Shown: piece by piece, positions 10,221 to 19,000 of the stretch
Layout of the letters: each line of letters starts with the position of its first letter
Numbering within the stretch: the stretch's first letter is position 1
NCBI RefSeq assembly: GCF_006345805.1
Contig: NW_021834774.1
Location: 1-26,543, forward strand
Origin: Octopus sinensis
Taxonomy: Eukaryota
DNA length: 26,543 bases
Direction: 5' to 3'
The notes under the pieces: model-generated
What the model was told of the DNA's origin: nothing
Database searches by the model: none
The model's input: only the letters and a program-made list of their open reading frames with translations
Position numbers and translations under genes: made by a program

Positions 10221-10739
10221 CCATAAATCCTCGAGTATAATCCGCATTTTCCCCCAAAATTTAAAGATCAAAATCCTTAGTGCGTACTATATACGAGGTT
10301 AAAAATGAAAAATATTTTCTAAGCATGTCCGAGTCTCTATTTGCTGTCCGGCAATGTTTATTCAGACTCATTTTGTGATGTCGGGCGCGAAAATACCTTA
10401 AGCTAAGCCTGAAAGCAATGAAGTCATAAAAGAATCATCCATAACTTGCAGTAAGCAACATTTATTAAAATATAAGTATTCAGAACACAGAATAACATGT
10501 AACAAAAACAATTTGCAAACATATTTACATTCCCATATAACAGTTAAGAACATCACTATTATTGTATTATGCATGCGCGGAAGTGTTTGTTCGACTAGGT
10601 GCTGCTGGCTTAATTACGCACGACTCAAGTTAGAGAAGGGGTGGGTATTATACACAAGGTTTAGGTTTTTCAGAGGTACAGCTCCTAAAAATTCCCTGCT
10701 TATTATACTCAAGGGCGGACTATACTCGAGGATTTACGG
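10221..10739. mobile_element. Non-autonomous Tc1/mariner-superfamily (Tc2/pogo-like) MITE
   Basis: 25-bp TIRs CC(A/G)TAAATCCTCGAGTATA(A/G)TCCGC (10221-10245 and 10715-10739, 23/25 match), TA on both sides, subterminal tatacncnagg-type repeats; CCGTA termini are typical of Tc2-group elements. Confidence 0.92.
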
Positions 10740-10773
10740 TAAGTCATTTCATCAATATGATAATGAAAACCAT

Positions 10774-10990
10774 AAGGCAGTGAACAGGCAGAATCGTTAG
10801 CATGCCAGGCAAGATGCTTAACGTTATTTCATCCGTCTTAATGTTTTGTGTTCGAATTCCGCTGAGGTTGACTTTGCCTGTCATCCTTTCGGAGACGATG
10901 AAATTAGCACCAGCTGAGCACTGGGGCCGATGTAATCGACTTTCCCCTCCCCGAACTTGCTGGCTTCGAGCTAAAATTTGAAACTAATAT
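10774..10990 (+). mobile_element. SINE family C
   Basis: aaggcagtgaacaggcagaatcgttagc...gttcgaattccgctgaggttgactttgcc...catcctttcgg, colinear with 20691-20860. Confidence 0.88.
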
Positions 10991-11028
10991 AACTAATAGT
11001 CATAACAATATTTCATGTACTAATGTGT

Positions 11029-11161
11029 TTCTAATTTTGGCACAAGGCCAGTAATATTAGGGGGAGAAGGCAACTCAATTGTAGCGACTCGGTACTTTAT
11101 TTAATTGATTCCAAAAGGATAAATAGCAAAGTTGATCTCGGCAGGATTTCAACTCAGAATA
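11029..11161 (-). mobile_element. SINE family C 3' part (degenerate)
   Basis: ggcacaaggccag...ggtactttat...aaaaggat...caaagttgatctcggcaggatttcaactcagaa is the reverse complement of the family C body. Confidence 0.7.
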
Positions 11162-11193
11162 TTGATACCTGAATTCTCCCTCCCTCCTTCTCT

Positions 11194-11225
<32 letters not shown>

Positions 11226-11231
11226 GTTGTC

Positions 11232-11315
11232 TTAGTCTGTGGTACGTTGTGTCCTTGAGCAAGACACTGCATTTCACTCAGTCTCAAGCCTAGCTTATCT
11301 GTAATGAGTACCAGT
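11232..11315 (+). mobile_element. SINE family D fragment
   Basis: gttgtgtccttgagcaagacactgcatttcac matches 4258-4289. Confidence 0.6.
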
Positions 11316-12291
11316 CGAAGGCTAGTGCAGTACCTTTCTCTCTCCACTTACCACATCCTGAATGTTCTGCGGTGAGAAAGCCGAGAGAATGTCTTTGTCA
11401 GCTCGCAAATACATCGGTCCCTAAAACAATTAGCAAAAGCATGGTATATGTTATTAAGCGATATTTGCTTACAGGTGACCACTGTCTGTACAACTTTAGC
11501 CCTTTAAGTTACGTGAATCGTTCATAAATGAGTAATCGAAAGTACAGAGTAACAGAAGCCATCAATTATACGAATTTCATTGGCTAGTTATTTAAAAGTA
11601 CTAATGCATCATTGAAATAACTTTCACGATCTTTTGTCGGAAGGGTAACATTCTCCAGCACTAGGGTACCTAAAGTGAAGTTAAAGCTCCTAAATTCCTA
11701 CATGAACTGGGGATAAGTCTGGTAGAAACCGACCACAATAAATGTATAATTTCTATACATATTACATCAAAGCTTTCAGCGTTGTTTCATACACAACGAA
11801 TTTATAAGACATCACTAGCAATTTTAGATGTATAGTTTAGGATATGGCATTTAACGAGAAGATCTTGGGCGGGTGTGGTGCAAATGGGGAGAAGGAGCGG
11901 ATATTAGATTTGTGTCATTAGAACAGAAAACAACCAGCATGGGTGACACAATTCATTTCGTGGTTCATAGCCTTAATCACATAATCCTTCACAAATTGGT
12001 CGACAGAAATATGTTACATGCGGCTGTGTTTGCACGCAAAACACATACACACGCTCACACACATACATGTATATTTTATACGGTATGTATTACTACGTAT
12101 TGCAAAGTGGTTTCGTAAGCTCTTTGGCGGTGTGTGACTGCAATGAGTGAAATCCAGGTCAAAGCTATTTAACTCATTTTGCTTATGGCCTTTGAAAAAA
12201 AAAAAAAAAAAAAAAAACAACAACTTGAATGTCACCCCTTTCTTTTCAACATTTCATTGAAATCAATAAAATCCATCAATTTCTAATCGAT

Positions 12292-12482
12292 ATTTCTAAT
12301 GGCAATGTATCGACAGTGTAGTGACTGGTACCCTATTAGCACACGGAAACGTGACTGGTGTTTATTCTATTTATCATAAAGGAGACATACCATGAGTCTG
12401 AAATGAGAACAAATACGAACAGAAATAAATACCGTTACGCATTTATGCCTCCACTCTATTAGATCAGACATTCTACCACGTT
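12292..12482 (-). mobile_element. Highly degenerate SINE family C
   Basis: gactggt...tttat...gaaataaataccgttacgcattt resembles reverse-complemented family C. Confidence 0.4.
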
Positions 12483-12701
12483 GCGGTTACATAATTATGA
12501 TATTGACTTATATATCCAAAAACGTTAATACGCACTGCATTGCAAGTGAAAAAAATATTACGGAGATGTACTTGCATAGCAGGTGACCTGATCTGAGATC
12601 GTGTGCTGCAACGAAAACAATTGCAGCGTGGAAGGTGTTTATAAGCCATTTAAGAAACACCCAAAATCCGTTAGATTCACTTCAACATTTAAATTTAATT
12701 T

Positions 12702-12746
12702 GTAAAAATATTTTCGTCGCTTAGTGACCGCGACCTGTTCACTGAC
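12702..12746 (-). ncRNA. Antisense twin of the G3-C8 hammerhead fold (one stem I mismatch)
   Basis: Minus strand reads gtca-gtgaaca-g-gtcgc ggtcactaa gcgac-gaa-aatatt-t-ttac. Confidence 0.62.
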
Positions 12747-12765
12747 AAATGCAGCACGGAATTTC

Positions 12766-12810
12766 GTCAGTGAACAGGTCGCGGTCTCAAAGCGACGAAA
12801 ATATTTTGAC
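12766..12810 (+). ncRNA. Minimal type I hammerhead ribozyme fold with G3-C8 swapped core
   Basis: GTCA-[GTGAACA]-g-GTCGC ggtctcaaa GCGAC-GAA-AATATT-T-TGAC: stem I GTCA/TGAC, stem II GTCGC/GCGAC, palindromic stem III AATATT. Confidence 0.7.
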
Positions 12811-12884
12811 AAATTAAATTTAAATGTTGAAGTGAATCTAACGGATTTTATTTGTTTCTTAAAATATTACGCTTTATTTATAAA

Positions 12885-13271
12885 CTAGCAGTATCGCCCG
12901 GCGTTGCTCGGGTTTGTAAGGGAAATAACTATATATGAATTTTTAGAGAGTTATAGCCAAAAAAATACATTAAAAATGGAAAAAGATTATGGTAAATTTT
13001 TTTTTAAATCGTTGACTCATCGTAGACATTTTTAGAGAGTTACTTTCCTTATATAATATCGAAAGAAATGCATTAAAATGAAAAAAAATGATGGTAAATT
13101 TTTTTAAAATCGTAGACTCATCGTAGACGCGCGCTAATACCCAGAAGGGCTCGATATGAATCACGACTATAAGATACCCGGTTTTGGTTATACTGCACCG
13201 CAAAATGTGGGAGTAGTTAGGAATCTAAATCGTAGGAGACAGACACACAACTTGACTTTTATATATAAAGA
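12885..13271 (-). mobile_element. Non-autonomous Helitron
   Basis: Minus strand begins A|TCTTTATATATAAAA and ends CTAG|T, with a GC-rich subterminal hairpin (plus-strand cccggcgttgctcggg, 12897-12912) 8 nt before CTAG; no TSD; internal repeat of about 104-bp period. Confidence 0.9.
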
Positions 13272-13458
13272 TGTAAAACATCTTTTGCATATTTATATCA
13301 TACGATTATTTTAAAGATCTATCGATGATGTGGCAATGATAATGTCCTTGCGAAACGATTGCTTTTACAAGTTGAATACATTTTGTGTGACTCTTCTTGT
13401 TATTTGTTGTTAAAATGGAAGAGAAGGAACCAGCAGATAATTTACTTAGTTACAAATA

Positions 13459-13847
13459 ATGGCTGACTGCGTAGTAAGAAGTCTAGTTCTCAACCACATG
13501 GTTCCGGGTTCCCTCCCACAGCATAGAACCTTGGGTGAGTTTTCTATTATTGTCTCGAGCCAGCCAAAGCCTTGTGAATGGATTTCGTAGACGGTAACTG
13601 GAAGAAGCCCGTCGCGCACGTGCGTGTATGCGTGCATGCATGCGCGCGCGCGTGTATGTGTGAGTGTTCTCCACCATCGCATGATAACGGTTGTTGGTAT
13701 GTTTATGTCGCTGTACACTTAAAAAGGCCGAAAGTGCTAGGCTTAAAAGAAAAGAAGTAATGGGGTTAATTCGTTCGACTGGAATTCTCGAAGGTAGTAC
13801 TCCAGCATGGTCGCAGTCTAATGATTGAAGCAAACAAAAGATAAAAG
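13459..13847 (+). mobile_element. SINE family A (diverged, near full length)
   Basis: Colinear with 1495-1860. Confidence 0.88.
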
Positions 13848-14372
13848 GTGAAATTGTTTTGGTTACTTCTGTGAAGCAGTTGATTGACTGAGTAAATGCA
13901 GTATAAGACAATCAATTGAAATGTTTGCAGTTCGCATCCTGATACTGACACTTTTTTGTATCCGTCCCTAAAATACTTAACTGTAAAATACCCGAGGTGT
14001 CCACCTATCACGCAGTGGGTAACAAAGTATTTAGAAGTTAAATTGGTAACTCCTTCAGTAATCTGCTATTCAACGTTCAATCTCACACAACGGAAAAAGA
14101 AACAAACTAGGAATAATAAACTAGTTGCGGTTAAAAGGAACTACATATGAAGAGGTCTAATAATACCGAAACGTGCTCGTTATTTCCATCAGTGAGATTT
14201 AGATATCAGACCTGTCCCAAAATGCTTGGTCTATATTGCTAAAAACTTCAACCATGATGGAATTATCTCCCTTATTTGTTTTACGATTTTAGCAGCAGCA
14301 TGTCTGCTCAGTTGATCAGGGGTTTTCAGTGCCCTATATTACACATGTGAGATAGTACCGTGTCTGTTTTTA

Positions 14373-14708
14373 GTTTGCTCCCACCTACGCTGCCCTACTT
14401 GCCCCGGCCTCTCCAACACCACCATCCTCACAGGCACCCATCATCGTCCCTATCATATCACGGACTCCTTTATTTGCATTTCTAGCAACGTCATTTACTG
14501 CATCTCCTGTTCTTTCTGCTCTTCTCTGTACATCGATCAAACGGGATGCCGTTTGGCTGACCGGTTTGCGAGGCACCTCCGATGCATCAGACTCGGCAAT
14601 GGCACCTCTGTCTCATGCCATTTCCGCTCTACCGATCATTCTCTACAACACCTGTCTGTGTTTGGACTGTTTTTGCACAAGGGCTATCCGGACTCCCGCC
14701 TTCGGGAG
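14373..14708 (+). pseudogene. Penelope-like (Neptune-type) Cys linker plus GIY-YIG endonuclease fragment, frame still open
   Basis: CSHLRCPTCPGLSNTTILTGTHHRPYHITDSFICISSNVIYCISCSFCSSLYIDQTGCRLADRFARHLRCIRLGNGTSVSCHFRSTDHSLQHLSVFGL: VIY...YID(G) motifs, conserved R, CxxC/H/H zinc motif and upstream Cys knuckle. Confidence 0.9.
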
Positions 14709-14804
14709 TTTGTGCTAAAGAACACAACGTCCCACCTGATCTGGGAATCGAAATCGCGGCCTTGCGATCGTGAAGTCAACACCCTAACAATTAGGTTACA
14801 CACC
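14709..14804 (-). mobile_element. tRNA-derived SINE head (family B/D-like), truncating the endonuclease fragment
   Basis: Minus strand ...gttagggtgttgac...gatttcgattcccagatc...gttgtgttctttagc matches the heads at 3248 and 4189. Confidence 0.8.
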
Positions 14805-15349
14805 TACACACGCACAAACATATATATATGTATATATATTATATATATATATATAGACATTCATACACACACCTATATATACATATTTTTTTACATGTGT
14901 TTTGATTTCACAAAGAAAATAAAAAGAACTTAATCCATATGTTAGAGTACACTTGTTTCTACGAAGCTTGTGATTCACTCTGTCACTATACTCAGATTCC
15001 TGATCGAAGTTACCCTTCAGATTGCATCATTGTTATTACTCTGAGTAGCAGCTGAGTGATACCAACTTGTTTCGTTCAGACATAGATGCCTGAGTGTAAC
15101 CCTGGGGGTTGTTTAGCATCTTTTATACGTAGGTGTTGCTTTATAGTCAAACAAGAGAAAGTATGAAGCAACTTTTTCAAGAGTGACTGGATATTACATT
15201 AAAAGAAAATATGCATTTACGTAAAGTCTATCATAATTCCTTAATATTATAATTAATATGCTAATTTAGTTTGAATAATATAATCCTTCCTCAAGTTAAA
15301 TAAGCCAATATGGCTAATATATGTACGTGATTGTATAAACTTACAAAAT

Positions 15350-15607
15350 TTCATACATACATACTTATATACACAAACACATACACAAACACATACACAC
15401 ATACACACTCACATTCACACACATACATACACATATACATGCATTCATATATAATGAGAGATATACACATCGCCTTCTGCACCGTGGGACTGGCTGGTCA
15501 TTAATCTCCACTACTAAGAGATCCCTGTGTATTCGTTTTCCCACCTCTCGCCATCCTTGATACCTCTAACACCTATTTCATCGCATAAACCTTTTACCCA
15601 GTCCTTC
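15350..15607 (+). repeat. Local duplication, copy 1
   Basis: Aligns with 16342-16609, including gccttctgcaccgtgggactggctggtca and ctaacacctatttc.tcgcataaacctttt. Confidence 0.92.
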
Positions 15608-16017
15608 TTCGCCAAAATCCCATCTCTCTGGTATTTTGACGAAGAGGGTCACGGATTCTGCCCTTGTTTCCAGACTCAGCAAATAAAAAACAGCGTGTAT
15701 TTTGTAAAACGTTGCCCACGTCCTTATGTATACTTTATGGGGTTTCTTCCTTCGCATGGAGTCGAATGAGACTTCCCATGACTCAGTTGTTTTTCTGCAT
15801 ACACTGATTTACAGTTGGCGAGGGTGGACAGAGGCCGAAATAACACCACCAAAATGCCACATTGCATCTATATGTAATAGAAGCAGGCCTTTGAATCTAA
15901 GTCACCGGGTGTACATATGTTCTTTTAAAAAATTATGTCGATATGCATAATTACATGCATACAGCAAATGCACATACACAAACTCTGTCTCTACCCGTAT
16001 GTCTGCCCTTGTCCCTG

Positions 16018-16100
16018 TTCTCTCTCTCCCTCTCTCTCTCTCTTTCTCTCCCTCTCTCTCTCTCTTTCTCTCCCCCTCTCTCTCTCTTTCTCTCCCTCTC
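16018..16100. repeat. (CT)n microsatellite
   Basis: Direct reading of the sequence. Confidence 0.92.
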
Positions 16101-16208
16101 AACACGACATACGCCCAACACACACGAACAACCGTACCGACATTATATGCACCCCAATGAATCTTTTGTCGATCAGAAACTAGAAGTTTGTGGACCAATG
16201 ATAATTCT

Positions 16209-16685
16209 AAATGCTTAGCAGCATATCTTCCATCTCTCTACGTTCTAAGTTCAAATTCTACAGAGGTTCATCTTCTCCAGGTCGAAATATAAATATATAT
16301 ATATATACACGACGGGCTTTTTTCAGTTTCTATCTACCAAATTCATACATACATACTTATATATATAAACACATACACACTCTCACATTCACACACACAT
16401 ACTCACACACACGCACACACACATATACATGCATTCATATATAGTGAGAGATATACACATCGTTATAATAATGCCTTCTGCACCGTGGGACTGGCTGGTC
16501 AATGATTTCCACAGCTAAGAGATCCCAGTATATTCGTTTCCACAGTTTTTGTCATCTTTGGTGGCACTAACACCTATTTCTTCGCATAAACCTTTTTTCC
16601 CAATCCTTCGGAGTCGATGAAATAAGTACCAGATGAGTACCGGGATCGCTGTCATGGACTTTTGGTCCCTGTGCCTATACATTAA
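16209..16685 (+). mobile_element. SINE family C split by an insert of about 330 bp
   Basis: 5' half 16209-16270 (aaatgcttagcagc...gttcaaattc...gagg) and 3' half 16603-16685 (atccttcggagtcgatgaaataagtaccag). Confidence 0.75.
16342..16609 (+). repeat. Local duplication, copy 2
   Basis: Aligns with 15350-15607. Confidence 0.92.
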
Positions 16686-16821
16686 ATTGCTACATCTTCA
16701 TTCTACCATCGGGGGAGGTCTGATGCTTTGTTGGAATTTAGGAAATAAAGCGAAAAATTAGATATAACCAACAATTTTGATCATATCTACGAACTCACCT
16801 TTTAATTTTTTAAAGGGTCAA

Positions 16822-17021
16822 TACAACGAAGACATTCTCATACTCAACACAACACACACACAACAATAGCAACATCAAAAACAATACTATACTGACAACA
16901 ACACCGAAGAAATACATGTATTTAACGCAGCACACTCTCAGTAGACACACACATCACAGTACTCACGCGCGCACACACACACTCACACATGCACAGAAAC
17001 ACCAATATCTTCTGTATTATG
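16822..17021 (-). repeat. Diverged inverted repeat, left copy
   Basis: Reverse complement aligns with 17879-18155 (gtctactgag.gtg.gctg; gtgttgtgtt.agtatga). Confidence 0.7.
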
Positions 17022-17170
17022 TCAGTTATGTCACATAACTAAGCGGTTCGACAAAGAGTATCCATTAAAATACCATCCTGAAATAAATAAAAAAAAGCCT
17101 ATCGATCAAATCACCCAAACTCTTGAATGTGGTTCACCAAGAACAACAAAGATAACGGCGGTCCTACTTA

Positions 17171-17207
<37 letters not shown>

Positions 17208-17274
17208 TATATAGATATATATACACACGCGCGCCCGCACACACACAAACATATGTGTATGTGTGTATGTATGT

Positions 17275-17618
17275 ATTCTTTTATTCTTTTCAGGCAGTTG
17301 ACTGCAGCCATGCTGGAGCACTGCCTTAAAGGGTTTTCGTCGAACAATTAAACCCCAGGACTTATTTTTTAAGCCTAATATTTTTGCCGAACAGCTAAAT
17401 TACGGGAACGTTAGCGCACCAGCACCGGTTAAGCAGTGACCGGGAGGTGGACAAACACAGACACACATACTGATATATACATACATACATACATACATAC
17501 ATACTTACATACATACATACATACATACATACAAACATACTTACATACATACATACATGCAGATATGTAAGCCTTTCGAGTGAATTTGGTAGAAAGAAAC
17601 TGAAAAAAGCCCGCCGTA

Positions 17619-17653
<35 letters not shown>

Positions 17654-17823
17654 TACACACGACGGGCTTTATTCAATTTCTGTCTAGCAAATTCCCTCGA
17701 AAGGCTTTGTTCGGCCCGAGGCTATTACAAAGGACACTTGCCCAAGGTGCCACGCAGTGGAACTGAACCATGAGCCATGTGGTTGGGAAGCAAACTTCTT
17801 ATCACACAGCCACGCCTGCGCCT
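17275..17823 (-). mobile_element. SINE family A, full length, with internal inverted duplication
   Basis: Head at 17660-17823 and 3' body at 17275-17465 on the minus strand; internal TACA/TA tracts. Confidence 0.9.
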
Positions 17824-17878
17824 ATATATATAAACATATGTGAACATCATCATCATCATCATCATCATCATCATTATT

Positions 17879-18155
17879 ATAATACAGTACTGGATTTCTA
17901 TGAGTAAGTCGGTGTGACTGGGAACCAGCGAGCAGCGGCGCTGCGTCGGTGTATGCCTATGTGTGGGTGTGTCTGTGTGTATGGTCTGTGTGTGGTGGGT
18001 GTGTCTATGTGTAGTGTTTGCGTCTACTGAGTGTGCGCTGGTTCAACATATATATTCTTTTGATGTTGTCTTCAATCTGCTATTGCTGTTGTTGCTGCTG
18101 CAGTTGCTGTAGTTAACGCGCGAGTGTTGTGTTTAGTATGAATGCGTGCGTTGTT
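17879..18155 (+). repeat. Diverged inverted repeat, right copy
   Basis: Aligns with the reverse complement of 16822-17021. Confidence 0.7.
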
Positions 18156-18164
18156 AACTGGGTG

Positions 18165-18333
18165 AGAGTCGATAAGATCGACCCCTGCGTTCAGTTTTTA
18201 CTTACAACTTCTTCGGCCTCGAAAAGATGAAACGATGACCTCAGTGGAATTTGAACTTGAAACGTGAAGACGGACGAAATGCCGCTAGCAGCTTTGCCCG
18301 GCGTACAAACGATTATGCCAGCTCACCACCTTA
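18165..18333 (-). mobile_element. SINE family C
   Basis: gaatttgaac...gacggacgaaatgccgcta...gcccggcgt...gccagctcaccacctt is the reverse complement of 20691-20860. Confidence 0.88.
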
Positions 18334-18349
18334 AGTCAATGGGAACATA

Positions 18350-18477
18350 TTACTTTGCTTAGAAACAGGTGAGTGTTGGTGACAAGGAGAGCTCACAGCC
18401 GTAAACTACTTCCTTCATTAAATTCCATCCGACCCATGCAAGCAAAGAAAATTTGACGTTAATACGATGATGATAAT
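18350..18477 (+). mobile_element. Retroposon 3' fragment with (GAT)n tail
   Basis: ...ccatccgacccatgcaagc...gacgttaatacgatgatgat; tail architecture of RTE-partnered SINEs (family from recall). Confidence 0.5.
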
Positions 18478-18495
18478 ACTTATGTATCTATCTAA

Positions 18496-18651
<156 letters not shown>

Positions 18652-18841
18652 AAGTGTTACGACAAAAGGGGTAAACCTCAATTTCATTAATATTTATTAA
18701 ACGATAGAGGTAAGGGGACTTACATTCTGTACTTGAAGTTTCAGTGTCAACCATACGATGATCATCGTACATTGTTTAGCTGTTATAAACCCGGTGCGAG
18801 TTGCGCATCGATTACAAAAACGTGATGGTATATATATATCA

Positions 18842-18873
<32 letters not shown>

Positions 18874-18884
18874 CTACCACTCTG

Positions 18885-19000
18885 GAATGGTACATTTTTA
18901 TCAGTCACAAAAGGATGAAAGGTCAAGTTGATCACTAGGAGATTCGAACTTCGAGAACAAATACTGCTAAGTATTGTATCCAATATTTTACGGCTCCACC
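18885..19000 (-). mobile_element. Degenerate SINE family C
   Basis: tggtacatttttatc...aaaggatgaaagg.caagttga...gaact...aaatactgctaag. Confidence 0.6.

Larger units (their letters stand above)
12563..12860. mobile_element. Foldback element with two inverted hammerhead-like motifs (probably Penelope-derived), 11-bp TSD
   Basis: 98-bp inverted arms 12649-12746 and 12766-12863 with a 19-nt spacer; direct repeat AAAATATTACG at 12552-12562 and 12861-12871. Confidence 0.85.

Noticed and set aside
15520-15640. Minus-strand KKDWVKGL...DGERWE as an RTE LINE 3' end
   Set aside because: Only two Trp-centred resemblances; not enough to call.
17024-17040. Perfect 8-bp inverted repeat agttatgt-c-acataact
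   Set aside because: Short and AT-rich; about what is expected by chance in a window this size.
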